Source: Pedobacter sandarakinus
Lineage (GTDB): Bacteria; Bacteroidota; Bacteroidia; Sphingobacteriales; Sphingobacteriaceae
DNA length: 24,000 bases
Direction: 5' to 3'
Assembly (NCBI RefSeq): GCF_026240095.1
Contig: NZ_JAPIVG010000004.1
Location: 522,340 to 546,339, forward strand
Positions 1 through 7,989 of this stretch are shown here, piece by piece. A model generated the notes under the pieces. That model worked only from the letters and a program-made list of their open reading frames with translations. It had not been told where the DNA came from and searched no databases. The stretch's first letter is position 1; each line of letters begins with the position of its first letter. Made by a program: the position numbers and the translations under genes.

Positions 1-839
1 GTGAGCATGGTTGCACCTATTGTTATGCTAGAAATACCCATCAGTACTGGGGCTACAGTGCAGGGTTAGAATTCGAAAGAAAAATCATTGTAAAAAAAGA
101 CGCACCGGCGCTATTCAAAAAGTTTCTGGAAAAAAAGACCTGGGATGCTTCAACGATTTCGCTTTCTGGAAATACCGATTGCTACCAACCGGCCGAAAGG
201 AAATTTAAACTCACCCGTCAGGTTCTAGAAATTGCGCTTGCGTACAAGCAACCGATAGGTATGATTACTAAAAACGCTCTGATTTTGCGTGACCAGGATA
301 TTTTGCAGGAACTTGCTAAATTAAAGTTATGTGCCGTATACATATCTATCAATAGCCTAAATGAACATCTGAGACAAGTAATGGAACCGCGAACCACTAC
401 TGCGAAACAAAGGTTGAGGATAGTAGAAACATTGAGCAAGGCTGGAATTCCAGTGGGTGTGTTGGTTGCTCCAATCATCCCGGGGTTGAGCGACCATGAA
501 ATACCAGGCATTTTGAGGGAGGTTGCTAATGCAGGAGCAACCCGGGCAGGCTACACGGTTGTGAGACTCAACGGTGCCATTGGTCAAATCTTTGAAGATT
601 GGCTAAGAAAAAATTTTCCAGATCGATTCGATAAGGTTTGGCACATGATTCAAAGTTGCCATGGAGGAAATGTGAACGATAGTAGGTTTGGCGAGCGGAT
701 GCGTGGAGGCGGAAATATTGCAAAAATGATCAGCGATAATTTTAAACTCCACTGCAAGCTAAACGGCTTAAACCTTAACCGCATCGATTTAGACCATTCT
801 CAGTTTAAAGTACCAAGCGAGCAAATGTCATTATTCTAG
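1..839 (+). CDS. Radical SAM protein, PA0069/SplB-like family (COG1533-type). 5'-truncated by the window edge.
   Basis: Frame 3 is open from base 3 with no stop, well upstream of the track ORF (261..839). It translates EHGCTYCYARNTHQYWGYSAGLEFERKIIVK..., which is the last two Cys of a CxxxCxxC radical-SAM cluster motif. The rest (ISLSGNTDCYQP, GIPVGVLVAPIIPGLSDHEI) matches my memory of this family. Stop is at 837-839. Confidence 0.8.
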   Translation, partial: EHGCTYCYARNTHQYWGYSAGLEFERKIIVKKDAPALFKKFLEKKTWDASTISLSGNTDCYQPAERKFKLTRQVLEIALAYKQPIGMITKNALILRDQDILQELAKLKLCAVYISINSLNEHLRQVMEPRTTTAKQRLRIVETLSKAGIPVGVLVAPIIPGLSDHEIPGILREVANAGATRAGYTVVRLNGAIGQIFEDWLRKNFPDRFDKVWHMIQSCHGGNVNDSRFGERMRGGGNIAKMISDNFKLHCKLNGLNLNRIDLDHSQFKVPSEQMSLF

Positions 840-880
840 AAATATTTGCCAGATGCCTGAATAAAACATAGTTTTAGCTG

Positions 881-1774
881 ATGAATATTGCATTGGTAAG
901 CTACCTAGACAAGGGAAAATACAATAGTACAACGGTAGAAGAAGAAGACGAAAAGCTTTTAGCATTTTTAACCGCAAAAGGTTTAAACATCCAAATGGTA
1001 ATCTGGAACGACCCTTCGGTAAACTGGGACAATTTTCAAATTGCCATCTTAAAATCCCCATGGGATTACTTCGATCTTTTTAGCGATTTTGTTTGCTGGC
1101 TTGATTTAATGGAACAGAAAAAGATCAAACTACTTAACCCAATTGAGGTAGTACGGTGGAACATGGATAAGCATTATCTCAAACAGATTGCAGAAGCAGG
1201 ATTAGCTATTGTGCCCAGCATATTCTTAAACAAAAATACCAACGTAGATTTGGCTAGCTACCTGCTTCATTTTAATACGGATAAACTTATCGTAAAACCT
1301 TGTATTAGCGGAGGCGCAAAGAATACTTTCAAAGTAACGGCTGAGCATGTTACTGCTCTAAACGAACAGCTTAACAAACTTTTAACCGAAGAAGATTTTA
1401 TTGTCCAGCCTTTTCTACCTGAAATTTTGGATCAAGGTGAATGGTCCTTCATATTCTTTAACGGTAGATTTAGCCACGCGTTAATTAAACAGGCTAAGCC
1501 CGGAGACTTCCGTGTTCAGCCCGCATTTGGAGGATCCGTTCATCCTCAACAGCCCACGAAAGAGCTGATCGATACCGCGGCGCAGTATGTAAATCATTTT
1601 GCTAAAGGCTGCCTGTATGCCCGGGTAGATGGAACATTCGTGAACGACAATTTCCTCCTCATGGAACTCGAGCTCATAGAACCTTTTCTATTCCTGAACA
1701 CCGATCAACAGAACTACGAAAGGTACTATCAGGCGCTAATGAAGTTACTATCGCCTGAACGTGATTACAAATAG
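881..1774 (+). CDS. ATP-grasp domain protein (RimK/glutathione-synthetase-like fold), substrate unknown
   Basis: ATG at 881, 297 aa, 41 bp after the radical SAM stop. It has an ATP-grasp-like layout: a pre-ATP-grasp N-terminus, LIVKPCISGGAKNTF (phosphate-binding-loop-like), FIVQPFLPEI, and LLMELELIEPFLF (Mg/ATP-binding Glu region). Confidence 0.65.
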   Translation: MNIALVSYLDKGKYNSTTVEEEDEKLLAFLTAKGLNIQMVIWNDPSVNWDNFQIAILKSPWDYFDLFSDFVCWLDLMEQKKIKLLNPIEVVRWNMDKHYLKQIAEAGLAIVPSIFLNKNTNVDLASYLLHFNTDKLIVKPCISGGAKNTFKVTAEHVTALNEQLNKLLTEEDFIVQPFLPEILDQGEWSFIFFNGRFSHALIKQAKPGDFRVQPAFGGSVHPQQPTKELIDTAAQYVNHFAKGCLYARVDGTFVNDNFLLMELELIEPFLFLNTDQQNYERYYQALMKLLSPERDYK

Positions 1775-1789
1775 TGAGCTGTACAAGAT

Positions 1790-2308
1790 TTATTTAGAAG
1801 CAAAAACTTGTGTCCAAAATGTACCCGATTTAGCCGCTCCCATTTCTTTGAATGCGCCATTCATGATATTTCTACAATGACCTTCGCTTTTGATCCAATC
1901 GTTAAAAACCTGGCTTTCAGAAGTTTGCCCTTGTGCAATATTTTCACCTGCAGTTTTCCAAATGTAACCAGCTGCGGTAATGCGTTTGCCCACATCGTCT
2001 CCATTAGCAGATTCGTGTTGCATCTTATTTATCGACTCCATATACTTGCTTTGTGCAATAGCCGCCGAAGCTAAATTAGCATTCCACGTTAATGCAGAAA
2101 CTGGCGGCATTAAAGTAGCACCACAATTACAGCCAGCCAAACGAGTATCGTTTACGAGTTTAAGCAGCGCATCATTATTGATATTGGTATTGGTTTCTAA
2201 TTTCGGCACTATGAGTGTAGTTTCTGCACTAGCACTACTACTACTTTTTTTGCAAGAAATGGCCATGCAAGAAATTGCCAAACATACGATCGGGACAAAA
2301 GTTTTCAT
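1790..2308 (-). CDS. CAP/SCP (YkwD-like) domain lipoprotein
   Basis: The C-terminal 120 aa resemble the CAP/SCP/PR-1 family (WNANLASAAIAQSKYM...GENIAQGQTSESQVFNDWIKSEGHCRNIMNGAFKEMGAA). The track start at 2362 is a TTG. The ATG at 2308 gives MKTFVPIVCLAISCMAISCKK, a lipoprotein-type signal with a lipobox Cys. Confidence 0.8.
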   Translation of the reverse strand: MKTFVPIVCLAISCMAISCKKSSSSASAETTLIVPKLETNTNINNDALLKLVNDTRLAGCNCGATLMPPVSALTWNANLASAAIAQSKYMESINKMQHESANGDDVGKRITAAGYIWKTAGENIAQGQTSESQVFNDWIKSEGHCRNIMNGAFKEMGAAKSGTFWTQVFASK

Positions 2309-2445
2309 TAGTTGGGTTGATTTATACAGCAATATAACTGGAAGTTTTGCAAGTTCAACCAATCCACGAAAATATTGTAAATAATTAATTGAGGTTTGAT
2401 GCAGTTTGGATGATCAAAATCTGTAAAGCGTCTGTTCTCGACAGC

Positions 2446-2476
2446 AAAAAAAAACTCCCGATTTACAATCGGGAGT
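2446..2476 (-). terminator. Rho-independent terminator downstream of clpC
   Basis: ACTCCCGATT (2454-2463) pairs with AATCGGGAGT (2467-2476) around a 3-nt loop. On the minus strand the hairpin is followed by a run of 9 T (plus-strand A run 2446-2454). It sits 7 bp after the clpC stop. Confidence 0.8.
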
Positions 2477-2482
2477 TTAAAG

Positions 2483-5035
2483 CTATTTGCTTGATGAATC
2501 TTCTTCCTTTTCAGGTGTTTCTTTTTTTGCTTCACCCTTTCTATGGTTAACAGAGATGAGCTCTGATGTTTTATCGTAATCAATCTCCAAAACATCGCCT
2601 TCAGTTAATTCGCCTTTAAGAATTTCTTCGGCAATTGGGTCTTCCAAATATTTTTGGATCGCACGTTTCAGCGGCCGAGCCCCAAAGTTGCTATCAAAAC
2701 CTTTTTCAGCTATATATTCTTTTGCATTCTCTGTTAAGGCAATTTCATAACCTAGAGTATGTACACGGCCAAATAATGCTTTCAACTCGATATCGATAAT
2801 ACTAAAGATCTCATCTTTTCCTAAGCTATTGAAAACAACCACGTCATCTACACGGTTTAAAAATTCCGGTGCAAAAGCACGTTTCAATGCGCTTTCTATC
2901 ACACCACGACTATGCGACTCTGCCTGATTTGTTTTCGCTGAAGTAGAGAAACCAACACCTTGACCAAAATCTTTCAATTGGCGTGCACCAATGTTCGAAG
3001 TCATAATGATGATTGTATTTCTAAAATCAACTTTACGTCCTAAACTATCTGTTAATTGCCCTTCATCTAATACTTGTAATAAAATATTGAATACGTCTGG
3101 ATGTGCTTTCTCAATTTCATCGAGCAAGATTACTGCATAGGGTTTTCTTCTAACTTTTTCAGTTAATTGTCCACCTTCTTCGTAGCCTACATATCCCGGG
3201 GGCGCTCCCACTAAACGAGATACCGCAAATTTCTCCATGTACTCACTCATGTCGATTTGAATCAATGAATCATCACTATCAAACATGAAGCGAGCTAACT
3301 CTTTCGCCAACTCAGTTTTACCAACACCCGTCGGACCTAAGAATATGAACGAACCTATTGGTTTTTTCGGATCCTTCAATCCTGCTCTTGTACGTTGTAT
3401 GGCCTTTGTTAATTTTTTAATGGCATCATCTTGTCCAATAATCTTCTCCGCAACCTTATCGTACATATTCAAAAGCTTCTGACTATCGGTTTGGCCAACA
3501 CGTTGAACCGGAATACCAGTCATCATTGCTACCACCTCTGCCACGTTATCTTCAGAAACTTCATAACGTTTCGTTTTAGTTTCTGCTTCCCACTCTGCTT
3601 TCGCCTTATCCAGTTCTTCAATTAAGTTCTTTTCTGTATCACGAAGTTTAGCCGCCTCTTCGTATTTCTGGCTACGAACAACTTTATTTTTCTCTAACTT
3701 AATATCCTCAATTTTCGCTTCAATATCGATAATATTCTGTGGAACGTGGATATTGGTTAAATGAACCCTCGATCCTGCCTCATCTAAAGCGTCAATCGCT
3801 TTATCGGGTAGAAAACGATCTGAAATATAGCGGGAAGTTAAAGTAACACAAGCCTGAATAGCCTCATCGGTATACGTTACACCGTGATGTTCTTCGTATT
3901 TATCTTTAATTCGTGTTAAAATTTCTACCGTTTCATCTGGCGTAGCTGGCTCCACCATAACTTTTTGAAAACGACGGTCTAAAGCGCCATCTTTCTCTAT
4001 ATACTGGCGATACTCATCTAAAGTAGTTGCACCAATACATTGTATCTCGCCTCTAGCCAAAGCCGGTTTAAACATGTTAGATGCATCAAGTGAACCAGAA
4101 GCACCTCCTGCACCAACGATGGTATGGATCTCATCAATAAATAAAATCACATCTGTAGATTTCTCCAGTTCATTCATCACCGCTTTCATACGTTCTTCGA
4201 ACTGTCCACGGTATTTGGTACCCGCAACTAACGATGCTAAATCTAAAGTTACAACACGTTTGCCGAAAAGCACACGCGATACCTTACGTTGCACAATACG
4301 CAATGCTAAACCCTCTGCAATTGCGGATTTACCAACACCCGGTTCACCAATTAAAATCGGATTGTTCTTTTTCCTACGAGATAAAATTTGAGAAACCCGC
4401 TCAATTTCCTTTTCTCTACCAACAATAGGATCTAAACGACCTTCTTCAGCAGCCTTAGTCAAATCACGACCAAAGTTATCTAGAACAGGTGTCTTCGATT
4501 TAATATCTGAAACCTTTTTAGGCGTGCTAAAGCTTTCTTCCTCACGATAGTCATCATCGCCCCCAGTTGAGGCACTGTTAGAAATATCGTCTCTAAAACC
4601 ATTCTTATTCACTTCTACCTCCTGTTTAAAAACATCGTACGTAACGCCATACTGTAATAATATTTGCGATGCAATGTTATCATCGTCTCTTAAAACCGAT
4701 AGTAGCAAATGCTCTGTACCAATTAAATCGCTTTTGAATATCTTAGCTTCTAAGTAAGTAATCTTTAAAACTTTTTCTGCCTGTTTCGTTAATGGGATAT
4801 TACCTAAGTTAACTGTAACACTCGAAGTTCCCCTAACGGCATCTTCAATAGAGCGGCGCAATTTACCAGTATCAACCCCTAACGATCGTAAAATTTTTAT
4901 GGCCATGCCATCGCCTTCGCGTATGAGGCCCAATAATAAATGCTCGGTTCCGATGTAATCGTGTCCTAAACGGAGCGCTTCCTCCCTACTAAAAGAGATT
5001 ACATCTTTAACCTGTGGTGAAAATTTTGCTTCCAT
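2483..5035 (-). CDS. clpC: ATP-dependent Clp protease ATP-binding subunit ClpC (class I Clp/Hsp100 AAA+ chaperone)
   Basis: 850 aa. It has duplicated Clp_N repeats (GHDYIGTEHLLLGLI and LIGTEHLLLSVL) and two Walker A sites (GEPGVGKSAIAEGLA, GPTGVGKTELAKELA). A UVR-like middle motif (RSQKYEEAAKLRDTEKNL) is typical of ClpC rather than ClpB. The C-terminal D2-small domain is present. Confidence 0.95.
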   Translation of the reverse strand: MEAKFSPQVKDVISFSREEALRLGHDYIGTEHLLLGLIREGDGMAIKILRSLGVDTGKLRRSIEDAVRGTSSVTVNLGNIPLTKQAEKVLKITYLEAKIFKSDLIGTEHLLLSVLRDDDNIASQILLQYGVTYDVFKQEVEVNKNGFRDDISNSASTGGDDDYREEESFSTPKKVSDIKSKTPVLDNFGRDLTKAAEEGRLDPIVGREKEIERVSQILSRRKKNNPILIGEPGVGKSAIAEGLALRIVQRKVSRVLFGKRVVTLDLASLVAGTKYRGQFEERMKAVMNELEKSTDVILFIDEIHTIVGAGGASGSLDASNMFKPALARGEIQCIGATTLDEYRQYIEKDGALDRRFQKVMVEPATPDETVEILTRIKDKYEEHHGVTYTDEAIQACVTLTSRYISDRFLPDKAIDALDEAGSRVHLTNIHVPQNIIDIEAKIEDIKLEKNKVVRSQKYEEAAKLRDTEKNLIEELDKAKAEWEAETKTKRYEVSEDNVAEVVAMMTGIPVQRVGQTDSQKLLNMYDKVAEKIIGQDDAIKKLTKAIQRTRAGLKDPKKPIGSFIFLGPTGVGKTELAKELARFMFDSDDSLIQIDMSEYMEKFAVSRLVGAPPGYVGYEEGGQLTEKVRRKPYAVILLDEIEKAHPDVFNILLQVLDEGQLTDSLGRKVDFRNTIIIMTSNIGARQLKDFGQGVGFSTSAKTNQAESHSRGVIESALKRAFAPEFLNRVDDVVVFNSLGKDEIFSIIDIELKALFGRVHTLGYEIALTENAKEYIAEKGFDSNFGARPLKRAIQKYLEDPIAEEILKGELTEGDVLEIDYDKTSELISVNHRKGEAKKETPEKEEDSSSK

Positions 5036-5704
5036 AATACCTTTCTTAACAGCTACGTCTCTAAACTATAAAATAAATTATAAAAAGAGATGGTGCTGTT
5101 TTCTTTATTTTATCAACAATTGCGCCATCTGGGCAATTAAACCGCTTTCTACACAACTATGTACCCTAAAATTAACTTCGGAATATGATGTATAAAAAGT
5201 TCATATTCATAATATTTACCTACGTAATCTGCTTTATAAAGGATTTGAAAGCACATTATAGACATCTATTTTTTCAAGCCAACGGCATTGTCGGTTTATT
5301 GTAAGTATTTTCAACACTGGTTACACTGACAATTTGTATCCATTTCTGAACCTAATTTACAATTTTTGACAGAATTTTTAAAGCATCGTGCCATCAATCT
5401 ATTTTGTGGCCTTTCTTTACGAGGATTAAATCGCTAATGCCATATATCATCAACGCTGATTTTTTATTTATTGTTTTGGAAAAGCAGTGTTTGTGAAACG
5501 ATTAGCGTTAGCCCCGCTACCGTTGCAAGTCCGTTTGTGTGAAAAACACAATCCGGGCTTTACACTTGTATCGGGTTTAGATGGCTAGTTTCAGCACATT
5601 TGGCAACGTAAATTCCACCGCCCTAATTTTTTTTATTCCTATAAAATCTGCCATCAGCTTTATCACGTATATGCATGCGAAGTCCCGAACTTTTGACAAC
5701 TATA

Positions 5705-6016
5705 ATGGCATCATTTTACAAAAGGCTTTTTATTATGATTTTTCTGCTTCTGGCTGTTGCCGGCAGAATTACCATATACGCTATGCCGATTTCTAAAATT
5801 GCCAAGGAAATCTTCAAAACCAACCCGATTGAAAAATCAGATGGTACTGAAAAACAAGACACCTTATCAGAGAAGGAGAAAATTGCTGATGTTGTCTTAA
5901 GTCTCGCAAGCACTTTGGAGTGCCAAACCAGCAGCATTGCCAGTGTAAAAAAACAAAACCGCAAATTTGTGGTCATCAACTGCGATCTACCGATCCCGGA
6001 GCAGCCGCCTAAGTAA
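5705..6016 (+). CDS. Hypothetical small protein with an N-terminal hydrophobic (signal or TM) segment. Weakly supported.
   Basis: An internal ATG of track ORF 5675..6016 gives MASFYKRLFIMIFLLLAVAGRITIYA followed by a charged Ser/Glu/Lys-rich tail. I recognise no family. It lies 55 bp upstream of the DUF4394 gene on the same strand. Support is only ORF length and a signal-like N-terminus. Confidence 0.3.
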   Translation: MASFYKRLFIMIFLLLAVAGRITIYAMPISKIAKEIFKTNPIEKSDGTEKQDTLSEKEKIADVVLSLASTLECQTSSIASVKKQNRKFVVINCDLPIPEQPPK

Positions 6017-6071
6017 GGGCCTTCTTTCCCATTTCAAAACACCTTATTTCTTAAATAAACATTTTAAAAAC

Positions 6072-7595
6072 ATGATTAAAATTAAACACTTAATCTTTGT
6101 AGCCCTATGTGCTATTCTGACCCCTATTCTCTTTTCTGCATGCAAAAAAGACAGGAACAATGACATTGAAACCCTGGTTCCAGGACCGGATGTTAATTTT
6201 TACGCCTTAACCGCCGATAGTAAATTATTGTTGATTAACGCAAAAAATCCTTCATCAATAACCTCATCGGTAAATATTTCTGGCTTACAAACCGGAGAAA
6301 CACTTCTAGGTATCGATTTCCGCCCGGCAACCGGCCAATTGTATGGCATTGGCAGCAGTAGCCGTTTATATGTAATCGATTTAAAAACCGGTGCTGCAAG
6401 AGCTATCTCAACCGCTGCATTTACTCCGGCAATTACCGGCACTGCTGCAGGTTTCGATTTTAACCCAACGGTAGACCGCATTCGTTTTGTAAGCAACAGC
6501 GGGCAAAACCTCCGTTTAAATCCAGAAACCGGAACGGTAGCTGCAACAGATGGTTCTATTAACGGCGTAGCCAATACCAAAATTGGTTCAGTAGCTTATA
6601 CACAAAACAAAGCTGGTGTAACCACTACAACCCTTTTCGATATTGATGGGGCTACAGATAAGCTATACAAACAAGATCCACCAAATGATGGTAAACTGGT
6701 TGAAGTTGGAAGCTTAGGATACGATGTTGATGATATGGGAGGTTTCGATATCAATCCAGATGGTACTGCAGCGATCGCCGCACTAACTGTTAGCGGTGCT
6801 TCAGGTCTATATACTATCGATCTTAACACTGGTAAAGCTGCCAAAATCGGTAATTTGCCATCAGGCATTACTGGATTGGCCATACCAACAGAGCCAGTTG
6901 CCTATGCAGTTTCTAACAACAATGAGCTTCTGATTTTTAATCCAATGGCTGCGACACCAACCATTAGTATCAAAGCCATCACCGGAATCCAAGCTGGAGA
7001 AAGCATTTTAGGAATCGATATGCGTCCGTTAACCGGACAACTTTATGCTTTGGGTAGCACTAGTCGTGTATATACTATTAACATGTCATCTGGTTTGGCA
7101 GCTGCCGTAGGTACTGCACCACTTAGCACACTTCTAAACGGAACACAATTCGGTTTCGATTTTAACCCAACGGTAGACAGAATTAGAATTGTAAGTAACC
7201 TTGGCCAGAATTTGAGATTTAATCCTTTAGATGGCAGTGTAACTGTTGATGGAGGTATCTCGCTTACAACTGCTGCCGTATCTGGCGCAGCCTATACCAA
7301 CAATTTTGCTGGTGCAACTACAACTGTATTATTTGATATCGATTCTAATGGTGATCGTTTATATAAACAAGATCCGCCTAATATGGGTACTTTGGTAGAT
7401 GTTGGCGCTTTGGGCATCAATGTAGAATCAAATAATGGTTTTGATATTGGTGGTACCAGTGGACTTGCTTACGGTTTGTTTACGGTAAGCGGTACACAAA
7501 GAATCTACAGCATTAACTTAACAACAGGTGCTGCAACAGCTGGTGCAACCATTTCAAATGCATCAAGAGGTTTTGCGCTTGGTTTAGGTTTCTAA
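6072..7595 (+). CDS. DUF4394 domain-containing lipoprotein with two tandem DUF4394 modules
   Basis: The track start at 5967 is a TTG. The ATG at 6072 gives MIKIKHLIFVALCAILTPILFSACKK, with lipobox LFSAC. Hallmark DUF4394 strings occur twice: GIDFRPATGQLYGIGSSSRLYVIDL...GFDFNPTVDRIRFVSNSGQNLRLNP and GIDMRPLTGQLYALGSTSRVYTINM...GFDFNPTVDRIRIVSNLGQNLRFNP. Confidence 0.85.
   Translation: MIKIKHLIFVALCAILTPILFSACKKDRNNDIETLVPGPDVNFYALTADSKLLLINAKNPSSITSSVNISGLQTGETLLGIDFRPATGQLYGIGSSSRLYVIDLKTGAARAISTAAFTPAITGTAAGFDFNPTVDRIRFVSNSGQNLRLNPETGTVAATDGSINGVANTKIGSVAYTQNKAGVTTTTLFDIDGATDKLYKQDPPNDGKLVEVGSLGYDVDDMGGFDINPDGTAAIAALTVSGASGLYTIDLNTGKAAKIGNLPSGITGLAIPTEPVAYAVSNNNELLIFNPMAATPTISIKAITGIQAGESILGIDMRPLTGQLYALGSTSRVYTINMSSGLAAAVGTAPLSTLLNGTQFGFDFNPTVDRIRIVSNLGQNLRFNPLDGSVTVDGGISLTTAAVSGAAYTNNFAGATTTVLFDIDSNGDRLYKQDPPNMGTLVDVGALGINVESNNGFDIGGTSGLAYGLFTVSGTQRIYSINLTTGAATAGATISNASRGFALGLGF
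6450..6476 (+). repeat. 27-bp exact direct repeat, copy 1 (encodes GFDFNPTVD)
   Basis: ggtttcgattttaacccaacggtagac is identical to 7152..7178. The offset is 702 bp (234 codons, in frame). Confidence 0.95.
7152..7178 (+). repeat. 27-bp exact direct repeat, copy 2 (encodes GFDFNPTVD)
   Basis: Identical to 6450..6476. It marks the internal domain duplication of the DUF4394 gene. Confidence 0.95.
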
Positions 7596-7621
7596 ATCCA
7601 TTATCACATCCAAATAGAAAG

Positions 7622-7647
7622 TGGCTACGACTTAATTGTTGTGGCCA
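7622..7647 (+). terminator. Possible terminator hairpin after the DUF4394 gene
   Basis: tggctacgac (7622-7631) pairs with gttgtggcca (7638-7647) if two G-U wobbles are allowed, with loop ttaatt. It is followed by a T-rich but interrupted tract (ttctcgtttatctcc). It sits in the convergent gap between the DUF4394 gene and the anti-sigma gene. Confidence 0.4.
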
Positions 7648-7713
7648 TTCTCGTTTATCTCCAGGCTTAGTTTTGTTCTATCAGTAAAAACTCATGTTTA
7701 TTTAAGCAATCAA

Positions 7714-7989
7714 TCAGCCGTTCCCCTTTTTAAGCTCCTCAGCAATGCGCTTCTCAAGTGCAGCTTTAAAATCACCATTGATCTTAATGTTATGGCTATT
7801 TAAAAAACTATTCCTAACCATTTTATCTATCAATAAACTTTGCTTTTGAAAGAGCCGACAAACCGAACAACCAACCAGGTGATATTTCAATTCAAATTCC
7901 TCCTTAAAACTTATTCCGGCAATATTTTTCTTTTCGATAAGAAAAGTAGCCATACGGCAGTTGTATGTAATTTTCTTTAAACTATTCAT
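7714..7989 (-). CDS. Small cytoplasmic zinc-binding anti-sigma factor (ZAS-type, HxxxCxxC), no transmembrane segment
   Basis: The ATG at 7989 overlaps the sigma-factor stop in an ATGA arrangement (ATG 7989-7987, TGA 7988-7986). The track start at 8049 is a TTG inside the sigma gene. The product is 91 aa, MNSLKKITYNC...KYHLVGCSVC..., with Cys11, His37, Cys41 and Cys44. No hydrophobic stretch is long enough for a TM helix. Confidence 0.7.
   Translation of the reverse strand: MNSLKKITYNCRMATFLIEKKNIAGISFKEEFELKYHLVGCSVCRLFQKQSLLIDKMVRNSFLNSHNIKINGDFKAALEKRIAEELKKGNG

Noticed and set aside
60-80. gggttagaattcgaaag, superficially like a tRNA T-arm (GTTCGAATC)
   Set aside because: It lies in frame inside the radical SAM CDS. 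There is no acceptor or anticodon stem context. I found no tRNA-like cloverleaf anywhere in the window.
218-587. Minus-strand ORFs 218..511 and 357..587
   Set aside because: They are antisense to the radical SAM CDS, which is open from the window edge and carries the cluster motif.
1808-2595. ORFs 1808..2074 (+), 1980..2384 (+) and 2308..2595 (-)
   Set aside because: The first two are antisense to the CAP-domain gene. The third spans the clpC terminator and the clpC 3' end in a different frame. None has a plausible protein sequence.
3285-4428. Four plus-strand ORFs (3285..3482, 3431..3625, 4074..4391, 4234..4428) inside clpC
   Set aside because: They are antisense to a full-length, strongly recognisable ClpC CDS. 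They are short, low-complexity and resemble no family. They look like typical shadow ORFs.
5581-5979. ORFs 5581..5796 (+) and 5716..5979 (-)
   Set aside because: They overlap the marginally better 5705..6016 ORF. They have no signal of function and an odd composition. I have no basis to prefer them.
5967-6071. N-terminal extensions implied by track starts at 5967, 2362, 8049 and 15824
   Set aside because: All four use TTG. Downstream ATGs (6072, 2308, 7989, 15815) give clean lipoprotein or signal N-termini, the ATGA coupling to the sigma gene, or a normal helicase N-terminus.
6200-6883. Minus-strand ORFs 6200..6580 and 6596..6883
   Set aside because: They are antisense to the DUF4394 gene. 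Open frames here follow from the Gly/Ala/Thr-rich codon composition of the sense strand.
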